Source: a virus
Taxonomy: Duplodnaviria > Caudoviricetes
DNA: 62,094 bases
Virus record (IMG/VR): IMGVR_UViG_3300042141_000119
Location: 1 to 62,094 of that record
Reading direction: 5' to 3' (one strand)
The notes under the pieces were generated by a model. It had not been told where the DNA came from, did no database searches, and saw nothing but the letters and a program-made list of their open reading frames with translations. Every line of letters starts with the position of its first letter. The stretch's first letter is position 1. This document shows positions 9,283-17,585 of the stretch, one piece after another. A program made the translations under genes and the position numbers.

Positions 9283-9664
9283 TGGGTTTTCTCTCCGTCA
9301 GCCTGGAAACGTGCCTGACTAGGAGATTTATGTCCGGGCGGGGGCGGGCCCGTGACACTATTTTTCGCCGCACCAAACACTCCGAAATGCCTATATCCCG
9401 GCAGGTCTGCTCGAACGAGAAGTCGCCGCCGCTGCCGTGAAACACCCACCTGTACGCCGCCACCTGCCTCCTGAGCGTCTCGGCCGCACGGTAGCCGGTC
9501 TTGTAGACAAGGTCATGGCCCTCCCGCCTGTGCGCACGGCACAGGTCGATGATGTGGCCGTAGGAGCGAACAACCACCTCTATGCAGAATCGCCTCCACC
9601 CCTCCTCGCAGGACTCGGCAATGTTCTGGTCGTCGTACTCCGGCGGGTCGGGGAGGGCAATCAT
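9119..9664 (-). CDS. Hypothetical protein (possible DNA-binding/regulator)
   Basis: ATGA coupling at 9661-9664; W.F....DFSFEQTCRDIGI motif. Confidence 0.5.
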   Translation of the reverse strand: MIALPDPPEYDDQNIAESCEEGWRRFCIEVVVRSYGHIIDLCRAHRREGHDLVYKTGYRAAETLRRQVAAYRWVFHGSGGDFSFEQTCRDIGISECLVRRKIVSRARPRPDINLLVRHVSRLTERKPNGSRHGRGQDSAAGGMGTRVVDCVRNIRRANRSRADRRGAQTHAVRRFQDRDAH

Positions 9665-10020
9665 TTCGTCGGTGCCTCGCAGAATCCGGCTCGCAGCTTT
9701 CCTTCGTTCAGTTCGGGCCACACTTCGAGAGAATGGATCGCGCCCATCACGTTCCACGCCGCATGACCCAGATGGTCTTCGTCACGGTTGCCGGATAGGA
9801 ACAGGTACAGGTGCCGTAGGGCATGGTTGAGAAGGTCGTTCGCGGGCATCCCCTTCTCCCAGTTGAAGTCGCCGTATTTCCTCGCGCCCTCAGCACAGGC
9901 GGCCGCAACGGCCGCGAGGCCGATTGGGCTGATGAGGTCGTACCTCAGCGACTCGGCGTCCGAAGACCGCACGGCCCCAGACGAGTAGCGAACAGAATCC
10001 TCAGCAATCGTCTTTATCAT
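9661..10020 (-). CDS. dATP/dGTP diphosphohydrolase-domain protein (DUF5664-like)
   Basis: SGAVR, RYDLISP, GARKYG..NWEKG, RH, EDHLGHAAWN. Confidence 0.8.
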   Translation of the reverse strand: MIKTIAEDSVRYSSGAVRSSDAESLRYDLISPIGLAAVAAACAEGARKYGDFNWEKGMPANDLLNHALRHLYLFLSGNRDEDHLGHAAWNVMGAIHSLEVWPELNEGKLRAGFCEAPTK

Positions 10021-10532
10021 TTCTTCACCTCAAGGAAACGCGACTGAAACAACTCCTTCGCCTGCTGCCAGCCCAGCGGCGACGGCGAGCCGCCAACCGC
10101 TTCGGCCTCGATGCCCCAGTCGTGCTGGACCGACAACAGAAATTGCTTCTCCCAAATCAATGCCCGATTGTCCGCCGCCTTCACCGACGGCGGCGCGGGC
10201 CACCGCAGGCCGAACGCGCTGGCGATAACCTGCTGAATCCGCTTTTCCAGAGCGACGTACTCCGGGAGCATCGCCTTGAGCGGCCGGGCGACATCGCCCA
10301 AATACGCCTCGCTGGCATCGTGAAGCAGGCCCCACAGCGCATCCTCCTGCGGCACCAGCTTCGACACCACGACGCTGTGCTGGGCGACCGAGTACGGCTG
10401 CGTGGTGTGCCCCGTAAATCGGTTGAGCATCGACAGCGCGTGCGAGATGTCTGGCAGGCGCACATCGGCCTCGCTGAACTCGCTGAGGTCGATCAGCTTC
10501 CCGGTGTGTGTCTGCATCGTCGTTGCGTTCAT
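10017..10532 (-). CDS. HD-domain phosphohydrolase (YfbR/YfdR-like)
   Basis: DISHALS..NRF.GH..YSVAQHS...GLLHDASEAYLGD. Confidence 0.85.
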   Translation of the reverse strand: MNATTMQTHTGKLIDLSEFSEADVRLPDISHALSMLNRFTGHTTQPYSVAQHSVVVSKLVPQEDALWGLLHDASEAYLGDVARPLKAMLPEYVALEKRIQQVIASAFGLRWPAPPSVKAADNRALIWEKQFLLSVQHDWGIEAEAVGGSPSPLGWQQAKELFQSRFLEVKK

Positions 10533-11065
10533 GCCACCTCCTCTTGCTCGCCGCACACAAGCGGCCCTATCGCCGACAGCTTCGCCTTCGGGACGAAATA
10601 CGCCTCGCCATATCCGCCGTAGTTCCGCCGGAAGCGTGCGTCCTTAGCGTCCCTTCCTCGCATCCATCCATGAACCAAAAAGTCGTTTGGTCCGCCGGTC
10701 ACCAGAACGAAGATGTCGCCGTCCGCATCGTCGTCACGCACCAGCAAGTCATAGTCGTGCTGGGACCGCGTCCGCACTTGAATCGCACCGACGTCGCCGC
10801 CGGTCTTGAACGTGTTCACAGAGCCAGACCAGTAGCGCCCGGTCGCCTTTGCGAACGCGCACTCACCCAGAGCGCCGAGAATGTGAACGTGCCACTCGCT
10901 GTCTCTTGTTGGTCGCGAGTTTTCCAGTCCTTTTCTTAGCGCCTCGACGTTTCGACTTACGCCGACGAGAGCCGCTCGGCTCACCTCGAACCACTCCAGC
11001 CGCACCCGTATCGGGCCGCTTGTAGCGAATCCATCCGTCGTCGTCTGGGATTGGCGAGCCTTCAT
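10529..11065 (-). CDS. Hypothetical protein, possible PD-(D/E)XK fold
   Basis: GALGECAFAK...GGDV..IQVRT; start uncertain. Confidence 0.55.
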   Translation of the reverse strand: MKARQSQTTTDGFATSGPIRVRLEWFEVSRAALVGVSRNVEALRKGLENSRPTRDSEWHVHILGALGECAFAKATGRYWSGSVNTFKTGGDVGAIQVRTRSQHDYDLLVRDDDADGDIFVLVTGGPNDFLVHGWMRGRDAKDARFRRNYGGYGEAYFVPKAKLSAIGPLVCGEQEEVA

Positions 11066-11105
11066 CTTCTTCCTCGTCTTCCAGCGGCCCAAAGTCCTTT
11101 GGCAT
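10863..11105 (-). CDS. Small acidic-then-basic protein (MPKDFGPLEDEEE...)
   Basis: TGATG coupling with upstream gene; overlaps the next ORF. Confidence 0.35.
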   Translation of the reverse strand: MPKDFGPLEDEEEDEGSPIPDDDGWIRYKRPDTGAAGVVRGEPSGSRRRKSKRRGAKKRTGKLATNKRQRVARSHSRRSG

Positions 11106-11806
11106 CACTGTGCATCCATGACTTGAGAAACGAACGTCGCAATCTGCTCCAGCGGGAAAGTCACCAGCCACTCCGACTCGTTGCGCCTGTGCAAGACCAC
11201 AGGGACGAGCGAGCCACACTGCTCACGCGCCTTTTCCATGACGGCCGTCAGGTTCAACGCCTGACACCGCTTGACCTCGAGCCAGAGGTTCGGAGTGCCA
11301 GGAGCTATGAGGTCGCTCGCGCTCTCCGTACCGGAGTGCTGCTGGCTGCGTCGTGCGTGCGCTCGCGGGACAAGCCGGTTCCACACGGCCGCCGCCTCCA
11401 ACTCACCGCGCTTGCCCTTCTGCCTGCTGTTGATTGCCATTTTCTCTAACTCCTGCGGGATGCCGTTCCGTCGTCGCCACTCAAGGACGTAGGGCGGAAA
11501 GCCATCCGGCCCATAGCCGAGATGGCGCTTGCGGCGAAGCGACGCCAAAAACTCCGGGTCGTAATTACCGTCATCGCACTCTCGCTTTGCGGTAAGGCAC
11601 TGGGCCTTCGTGAGGTTGTTCCGTCCGCCGAAATGCAGGCCGTCGTGGCACCACACGCAAAGCCGAAGCAACGCCCGGCGGTCGTGGACCCTTCCGGCTC
11701 CCTGCTGGAGGTGGTGGATGTGCAGTGCTTCCGTTCTGCTCCAGCACACCGCGCAGAACTGCATCTGCTCCGCGAAGGCCGATAGTTCTTCACGCCCATC
11801 GCTCAC
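11105..11806 (-). CDS. Zn/HNH-like domain fused to Holliday-junction-resolvase-like nuclease
   Basis: CxxC..HH...LC..CH N-terminal half; SRQKGKRGELE...SDL...LEVKR C-terminal half. Confidence 0.7.
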   Translation of the reverse strand: MSDGREELSAFAEQMQFCAVCWSRTEALHIHHLQQGAGRVHDRRALLRLCVWCHDGLHFGGRNNLTKAQCLTAKRECDDGNYDPEFLASLRRKRHLGYGPDGFPPYVLEWRRRNGIPQELEKMAINSRQKGKRGELEAAAVWNRLVPRAHARRSQQHSGTESASDLIAPGTPNLWLEVKRCQALNLTAVMEKAREQCGSLVPVVLHRRNESEWLVTFPLEQIATFVSQVMDAQ

Positions 11807-12105
11807 TCTGCCTCCCTGTGGACTGCCTCCACGATGCCAGCCACAGCACGCGAAAAGTTCTTCGCGTCCTCGACCGTCCCGAACTCAATCGACCACTTCA
11901 CAGTCGGGTGGCAGAAGCCCTCCGTCGCAACGCCATGCTCTCGGACTTCCTCGACCCAGTTGTCCTTGCACGCAGCAAGCCCGGCGACGATCCTGGCGTT
12001 GGCGATAATCTCCTCGTTCTCAAGCAAGAACCCGCTCAACGCCTTAGCAAGAAATCCACTCATAACCAGCGCTCCTTTGAAAAGGTTCGACACCTCAGCC
12101 TCCAT
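11803..12105 (-). CDS. Hypothetical protein
   Basis: ORF track; coupled genes. Confidence 0.5.
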   Translation of the reverse strand: MEAEVSNLFKGALVMSGFLAKALSGFLLENEEIIANARIVAGLAACKDNWVEEVREHGVATEGFCHPTVKWSIEFGTVEDAKNFSRAVAGIVEAVHREAE

Positions 12106-12370
12106 GCGTTTTCAGCCAGTTCGCCGCCGTCGCAAACCAGAACGACAGCAGGGTCAGGTCTTCCGCACTCGTGACGTTCACTGTTCCGTCCGTCGCTATC
12201 GCAACGCACGACTTGCTCGGCTCCTCCATCCACTCGGCCGCCTCAGGGTCGTCGCCAATGATCGCGTGCATAACGCCCATGCCCTCCATCGGCCTGCACA
12301 ACGCGGCCAGCTTCGCCCCGTTCGATCCCGTGTATTTCAGCAGCACCAAGTCTTTCGCCATCGCCGTCAC
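12095..12370 (-). CDS. Hypothetical protein
   Basis: ORF track; coupled genes. Confidence 0.5.
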   Translation of the reverse strand: MTAMAKDLVLLKYTGSNGAKLAALCRPMEGMGVMHAIIGDDPEAAEWMEEPSKSCVAIATDGTVNVTSAEDLTLLSFWFATAANWLKTHGG

Positions 12371-12641
12371 CCTGTTCGCGCACCGCTTCCGTGCTGAGAA
12401 GGCCGCGCTGGCCTGCGTCAGCTACCCCGTCATGGGGTTGCGGTGTCAGCCTTATTTGGCCTTCTCCTCAGCAATCCACCGGGACGTAGCGGCTTGGGCC
12501 TGCGACGGCTTGCAGCAGGATCGACTACCTGCCCGTTGCCCGGATTTCGCGCTGACACCACACGGCCGCTCGATCAAGTTCAGAGCGGGTTCTTTAGGCT
12601 CGACCGTTTTGATTTCTTGAGCGCTGACCGATACGAGGAAA

Positions 12642-13037
12642 TCAACAGCGCTGTGTTTTGATTTTTCGGAGTACGGAGAAGTCGCCCCATTTGGCGACCG
12701 AAGACCAGTACAGCCACCGGCTGCCGTTCGTCGCGGCGACAGGGACGCACCCAACGACGCCCGTCCGAGTGTTGACGAGGACGAACGCATCGACATGGGT
12801 TGGGCAGTAGGGTTCGTTTCGTGCCCGGCCACGCCGCAGGCGAACTCGCCTGCCGTGATGGCCGGAAGCTGCCGACGCCTTGACTTGAATCCGCCAGTGC
12901 TTTCGGCCGGAGAACGCGAGAAGGTCGTAGCCGTCGTCCACCAGAGGGACGGCGACTGCGTACCCGGAGCGCAGCAGCCTCTCGACTGCCACAGCGACTC
13001 CGATTTCTCCGACGACCCGGCCATCCGTAGCCTCCAT
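12642..13037 (-). CDS. PD-(D/E)XK endonuclease
   Basis: GEIG...GYAV..P..DDGYDL...RIQVKAS...Y....DAF; GGAGG RBS. Confidence 0.7.
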   Translation of the reverse strand: MEATDGRVVGEIGVAVAVERLLRSGYAVAVPLVDDGYDLLAFSGRKHWRIQVKASAASGHHGRRVRLRRGRARNEPYCPTHVDAFVLVNTRTGVVGCVPVAATNGSRWLYWSSVAKWGDFSVLRKIKTQRC

Positions 13038-13052
13038 GCGTCTGACCTCCGG

Positions 13053-14642
13053 TCAGGACTGCGGCTTCTCCGACTCACGCCTGCTCAACTCACGACGAAC
13101 CGCCGCCTTGAACGGGGAGTCCTTCTTCTGCGACTCCATCACCCACGACAGGTAGCCGTCTGGGATGGAGCGGAGCGGCTGGCCTCGATACTTGCCGTAC
13201 ATCATTCGCCAGCCCCGCTCCTTCTTGCCTTCGGGCTTGGCGAAGGGGTCGCGAGTCTCGTGGTCGAACGTCACGCCGACGAGCAGCGACTTGCGCTTCT
13301 CAAGAAGCTCCTGTGCCTGTCTCTCAAGAGCCTCCAGTTCCGCCGAGTCGGCCTCGCGGATGGCCTCCATCGGGTCGCAGCCGTCCATCGACAGGGCGGC
13401 GGCGAGGCGCTCACGGCGAGTCGGTGACTTCCGCAGCTTGGCGTCGAGAACGTCGAACACCGTCAGCAGCTGCTGGTTGCGGAGATTTCCTGTCAGGTCG
13501 TAGTAGCAGAAGTGCGGCTTTCCGCTGGCGGCGATTGCGGCACGACGCTCGTCGCGGCTCATCTCCGGGTGCAGCGTGCCACCCAATGCACGAGTGCCTC
13601 TGCCGATTCGCTGCTCCAGCCGCGAAAGGCTCTTGGTCGGCGCTGCCGAATAGATGTTTCGGAGTTCTGGAAAGTCCCAGCCGAAGCCAAGAATCCCGAC
13701 GTTGACGATGATCTTCCGCTCGCCGCTGATGAAGGCGTCCATGTTCGCCTTCCGCTCGTCTGCCCGCTGCTTCGAGTAGACGACGCTGGCTGCGACACCG
13801 TACCGAGAAAACACCTCCACAAGCAGCTTGGCCTGCCGGATGGAGTGGGCGTAGACGACGCTCGGTTGCTGCTGGAACGTCGAGAGAACGAGCGACGTTA
13901 CCTCCTGAGCGCAATGCTCTGCGGACAGGATGTCGCTGAGTTGCTTGCGGTCCCACTCGCCAGCCACCTCGTCCACCAGCGTCAGGTCGATGCTCTTGGA
14001 CTCGCTCAGGAAGCACTTGGGCGGGACCAGCCATGCGTCATCCAAAGCCTGCCGCAGCGTGTAGACCGACTGCGGGCGAGGGAAGTACCGCAGCCCCCTG
14101 CCCTTGCCCTTGTACGGCGTGGCAGAGAAGCCCACGACGGTCGCACCAAGCGACTCAAAGTGGCAGAGCATCCGCTCCATCGAAGCGGTCATCTTGTAGT
14201 GGCACTCGTCCACGCAGACCAGCGACACGCGGTCGTAGGCGCGGGCCTTGTAGCGGTCGTTGGAGAGCAGGCTGTCACGCGACCCGACGATCACGCGGCT
14301 CCGAATCCCCTCGATCCACTCTGCCCGGCTCCCTTGATGCTCAACGTCGCACCGCTCTCCCAGCCGAAGCTCCAGGCGGTCCCGGCCCTGACGCATGAGG
14401 TCGATCAGCGGAACGATGAAAAGCGGGTGCTTCGCGATGCGGCACAGTTCCGCGACAACTTCGGTCTTGCCGGTGCCCACCGGCTGGCAGACCGTGATCC
14501 GTCGCTCGCCGTTCCGCGCCGCACGGCAAACGTCCTCTACGGCCTGTAGCTGGTAATCCCGGAGGAACTGCCGCCTATCGGCCCGCTCGACCTGCCGGGA
14601 AACCCTGTCGGCACCAACGCACTCTGGGCAGTCGCTAGTCAT
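13053..14642 (-). CDS. Superfamily 2 (DEAD/DEAH-like) helicase
   Basis: LRDYQ, GTGKT, DECH, SATP, QRIGRGTR; C-terminal GKYRGQPL..IP..YL.W domain. Confidence 0.9.
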   Translation of the reverse strand: MTSDCPECVGADRVSRQVERADRRQFLRDYQLQAVEDVCRAARNGERRITVCQPVGTGKTEVVAELCRIAKHPLFIVPLIDLMRQGRDRLELRLGERCDVEHQGSRAEWIEGIRSRVIVGSRDSLLSNDRYKARAYDRVSLVCVDECHYKMTASMERMLCHFESLGATVVGFSATPYKGKGRGLRYFPRPQSVYTLRQALDDAWLVPPKCFLSESKSIDLTLVDEVAGEWDRKQLSDILSAEHCAQEVTSLVLSTFQQQPSVVYAHSIRQAKLLVEVFSRYGVAASVVYSKQRADERKANMDAFISGERKIIVNVGILGFGWDFPELRNIYSAAPTKSLSRLEQRIGRGTRALGGTLHPEMSRDERRAAIAASGKPHFCYYDLTGNLRNQQLLTVFDVLDAKLRKSPTRRERLAAALSMDGCDPMEAIREADSAELEALERQAQELLEKRKSLLVGVTFDHETRDPFAKPEGKKERGWRMMYGKYRGQPLRSIPDGYLSWVMESQKKDSPFKAAVRRELSRRESEKPQS

Positions 14643-14944
14643 TTCGACCTCGCCTTCTTCTTGCGTGCCTTGCGGACCTTCTTGGCTGGCTTGACGAGAG
14701 GCTCCCTGTCGCCGCCTCGCCAGCGGCTGCTGCAAATCGTGGCCTCGCAAGGCTTGGGCTCCGCAGGCACAGCGATTTGCAGCGCCGCCTCGAACTTCTC
14801 ATTGACCCGAGACAGCACCTCTAGCTCCGCGAGGAGTTGCGGCACTGCGCTGGCGCAGAACGCAATCGCGTTCTCTGCGTCCAGCTTCTGCTGAACAGCA
14901 GCAATCGAAATCAGTCGTGCGTAGGCGATGAGTTTTTCGTGCAT
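14639..14944 (-). CDS. Hypothetical protein
   Basis: ORF track; coupled to helicase. Confidence 0.55.
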   Translation of the reverse strand: MHEKLIAYARLISIAAVQQKLDAENAIAFCASAVPQLLAELEVLSRVNEKFEAALQIAVPAEPKPCEATICSSRWRGGDREPLVKPAKKVRKARKKKARSK

Positions 14945-15020
14945 TGGTAAAAATGCCGGGTGATCTGATCGCCGCCCGGCGCGACGCTGAGGAAACGCTC
15001 AGACCTGCGTGTGTTGTGGA

Positions 15021-15698
15021 TCAAGCCAGCGCTGGCTGACGCTCCTTCTTGGCGGACTCTTTTGCGTCCAGTTCCGCCGCCACCTTCTCGATCCGCTCCG
15101 CAGATGCGGGCGGCAGCATCCCTTCGGCAACGCCCTTCTTCGCACGCTCGACTTCGGCCTTCCTGCCAGCCGCATCCTTCGCGGCCCGAACCTTCGCCAG
15201 GAGCGCCTGCTCGATGCGTGCCTCGTCGTTTGCTGCGGCGACCGCCATTGAGCGGCCAGCCATCTCGCCGTCGTCGTCGTCGTCGGCAGCGATGCCAACG
15301 GCCGCACACAGGGCAACCCGCTTGAGGTAGGTCGCCGTCTTGGCGAACTCCTGCGGCGGGATGTTCCCCTTCATGGGCAGATAGGACCGCTCGAATTGCC
15401 CGCTGGAGTGCCCGATGGTCGTGACAAGCATCACGCCACCGTCGTCCTTGAACGGGTGAAAGGTCTGCCGGATGGACAGGCCGTGCTTCCCGTAGACGGC
15501 CCTCACCGTGTCGAACACGGTCGCGAGGTCCGCGTAGTCAGGCAGGAGCTTGCCCGTTTCGCGGTCCTTCTTGGCCCAGTTGGAAAAGCAAGTTCGCGGA
15601 GCGTTGCGAAGCTCGCCGAAAGCCTTGCCCATAGCGGCGTAAAGCTCATCGACGGCCTCGCTGCGCTCGTTCCAAATGCTCGTAGAAATCGCAGACAT
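15021..15698 (-). CDS. ERF-family single-strand annealing protein
   Basis: YADL, HGLS..Q, HSSGQF, TYLKR..L.A..GIA.DDDDDG. Confidence 0.85.
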   Translation of the reverse strand: MSAISTSIWNERSEAVDELYAAMGKAFGELRNAPRTCFSNWAKKDRETGKLLPDYADLATVFDTVRAVYGKHGLSIRQTFHPFKDDGGVMLVTTIGHSSGQFERSYLPMKGNIPPQEFAKTATYLKRVALCAAVGIAADDDDDGEMAGRSMAVAAANDEARIEQALLAKVRAAKDAAGRKAEVERAKKGVAEGMLPPASAERIEKVAAELDAKESAKKERQPALA

Positions 15699-16774
15699 CA
15701 GACTCTCCTCAGTGCATGGGCCGGAAACGGAAGCTCAACCACCTCGCCGTGTGACTCCGGCAACCACCAGTCGAGGCTTTCACGAAGACGAAGATCAGCG
15801 AGGGCGCGGACCATCTGCTCGCGACCCTGCTCAACGACCTGCTCTGGCAGCGTCACGACTTGAACGTCGTGCGGCAGCGAGGTCGAAATGACGATGTAGT
15901 GGATCGGCCGTTCGAGGAGGCCGCAGGCTTCCATCCCGGCGCGATACCACGCCTCAGAGAAGCCGTAGCGGAAGTCAAGCGCTGACTTCCAGAAGTTCGC
16001 GAGGATGTCGGCCTCGCGAGTCGTCTTGAGGTCTACGACGATGCCGTCGCTCGTCAAGGCGTCGAAGCGGCAGCGAAGCAGGTGGCCGTCTGCCGTTTCC
16101 CAGCGGACGGAGAGTTCCCTCTCCACGATCCGCGACATCAGTTCGCGTGCAGCAGGGTGCCGCCTGATCGCCTCTGCCTCCAGCCGAAGCTGGCGGGCGA
16201 GCTTTGGCGACACGACTGTCGCGTCCGGGCCAGCCTCGTTTTTGGCCCACTCAAGGGCACTTTTGCCAACCTGCCCTGTCGGTGTTAGCTTGTCTTCTGG
16301 AGGGACCGCCAGCGAGTCAAGGAAGGCATCGCCCTGCTCGAACCACGAGTGGAGCAGCGAGCCATGCTCTAAGGCATCGCTGCTCTGCTGGGGGATCGTG
16401 CGGGCGACGTAGCGGCCGTAGTACAGGGCTGTCGAGTCAAGAAACGTCTTGACCGGCGAGCAGTTCCTGTACGAATCATCACTGTGATAATCGGCGTTGC
16501 TCTCTCCACGCCGAACATCCGCAACCGCAGGCCCAGCCGAAACGATCTGAGGAAAAAGAGAAGGGTGGCTGACGGGACTCGAACCCGCGACCCCTAGAAT
16601 CACAATCTGGGGGTCGCTCGCTTGGTAGACGGTGCCGTCGGTAGCGGACTCGACGCTTGTGCGAGGGGCTGCCGATGCGGTGCCGCCAAAAGGGTGGTTG
16701 AGCCCCGCCGAAGCCACAGGAAAAAAGTCTTCCCGCTTCTTTGAATCGACAAGCTGTGCCTCACGCACTGCCAT
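15698..16774 (-). CDS. RecE/exonuclease VIII-like PD-(D/E)XK protein (DUF3799-like); start uncertain (GTG ~16603, ATG 16774 or 16795)
   Basis: SNADYH, GSLLH, ELSV.W, RCRFD, VDLKTT, Y....WY; adjacent to ERF. Confidence 0.8.
   Translation of the reverse strand: MAVREAQLVDSKKREDFFPVASAGLNHPFGGTASAAPRTSVESATDGTVYQASDPQIVILGVAGSSPVSHPSLFPQIVSAGPAVADVRRGESNADYHSDDSYRNCSPVKTFLDSTALYYGRYVARTIPQQSSDALEHGSLLHSWFEQGDAFLDSLAVPPEDKLTPTGQVGKSALEWAKNEAGPDATVVSPKLARQLRLEAEAIRRHPAARELMSRIVERELSVRWETADGHLLRCRFDALTSDGIVVDLKTTREADILANFWKSALDFRYGFSEAWYRAGMEACGLLERPIHYIVISTSLPHDVQVVTLPEQVVEQGREQMVRALADLRLRESLDWWLPESHGEVVELPFPAHALRRV
16562..16610 (-). other. 3' half of tRNA-His(GTG): candidate attP core
   Basis: Minus strand reads CCAGATTGTGATTCTAGGGGTCGCGGGTTCGAGTCCCGTCAGCCACCC (anticodon loop, T-arm GGTTCGA, acceptor 3' strand); no 5' half; next to tyrosine recombinase. 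Confidence 0.75.
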
Positions 16775-17585
16775 GATGCCCGACCTCCATGCCATCGCTT
16801 CGCGTTACTGCGAAGAACACATCCTTGCGTCCGACTACGCGGCAACTCTATTGCGTACCGCTAAGAATTGTCAACGGTTTACAAGCGTCAACCACTTCCT
16901 TCGTCATCGACTCTCGGCGGTCAAGCCGATCACGGTGAAGAACGACAGGGCGATGCTGCTGATCCTCATGCGGTACGCCTACGAGAACGGAATCGTGGAC
17001 GAGTACCCTCGCGGCGTCGCCTCCATCAAGGCACCGAAAGCGCCGACGAAAGCATGGACTTTAGCCGAGTGCTGTACAGCTGTCAACCAAGCCAAAAAAC
17101 TGCGAGGGGGGCGTTTTCGGAATGGCGCAGACAAGGGGGAGTTCTTGGAATGTTGGATTCGGCTGGGCTACGCGACGGGGGCACGCTACGGCGACATAAT
17201 GGCGTTTCACAAGCGGCATTTCGCAGGAAATAGGCTGTACTACGCGCAGGGAAAGACCGGCAACGCTATTTCCGCAGTGCTTGACGAGAACGTCATGCGG
17301 TGCGTCCGCTCGATGCTGTCGCAAAGCCCTGACGGCCGTGTTCTTGGGTGGGTGTGCCAGAAGCGCTGGGCCATGCGGCTGATGAAAAAGCTGCTTGCCG
17401 AGTGCGGCCTGGACGGCAGCAGTAAATGGCTGCGTCGGTCTGCCGCGACTCACGTTGAAATGAAGCAGCGGGGGGCGGCGAGGCTGTTTCTCGGCCACAA
17501 GACCGCCGGGCTTGCCGACAAGTTCTACGTTGACTGGGGGCAGGTCGGCTCGGACTTTCCGCCGCCGCCGCCGCTAGTCGAATAG
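16773..17585 (+). CDS. Tyrosine recombinase/integrase
   Basis: TGARYGD (Arg), QGKTG (Lys), KWLRRS (box II variant), LGH, KFY (Tyr). Confidence 0.85.
   Translation: MMPDLHAIASRYCEEHILASDYAATLLRTAKNCQRFTSVNHFLRHRLSAVKPITVKNDRAMLLILMRYAYENGIVDEYPRGVASIKAPKAPTKAWTLAECCTAVNQAKKLRGGRFRNGADKGEFLECWIRLGYATGARYGDIMAFHKRHFAGNRLYYAQGKTGNAISAVLDENVMRCVRSMLSQSPDGRVLGWVCQKRWAMRLMKKLLAECGLDGSSKWLRRSAATHVEMKQRGAARLFLGHKTAGLADKFYVDWGQVGSDFPPPPPLVE

Noticed and set aside
16562-16640. Complete tRNA-His gene
   Set aside because: No D-arm or acceptor 5' strand, and the anticodon stem has a mismatch; only the 3' half is present
16773-17585. Tyrosine recombinase as the integron integrase for the attC array
   Set aside because: The spacing between the catalytic Arg and box II is short, with no IntI-specific insertion evident; it is ~30 kb away and sits beside a tRNA-type attP
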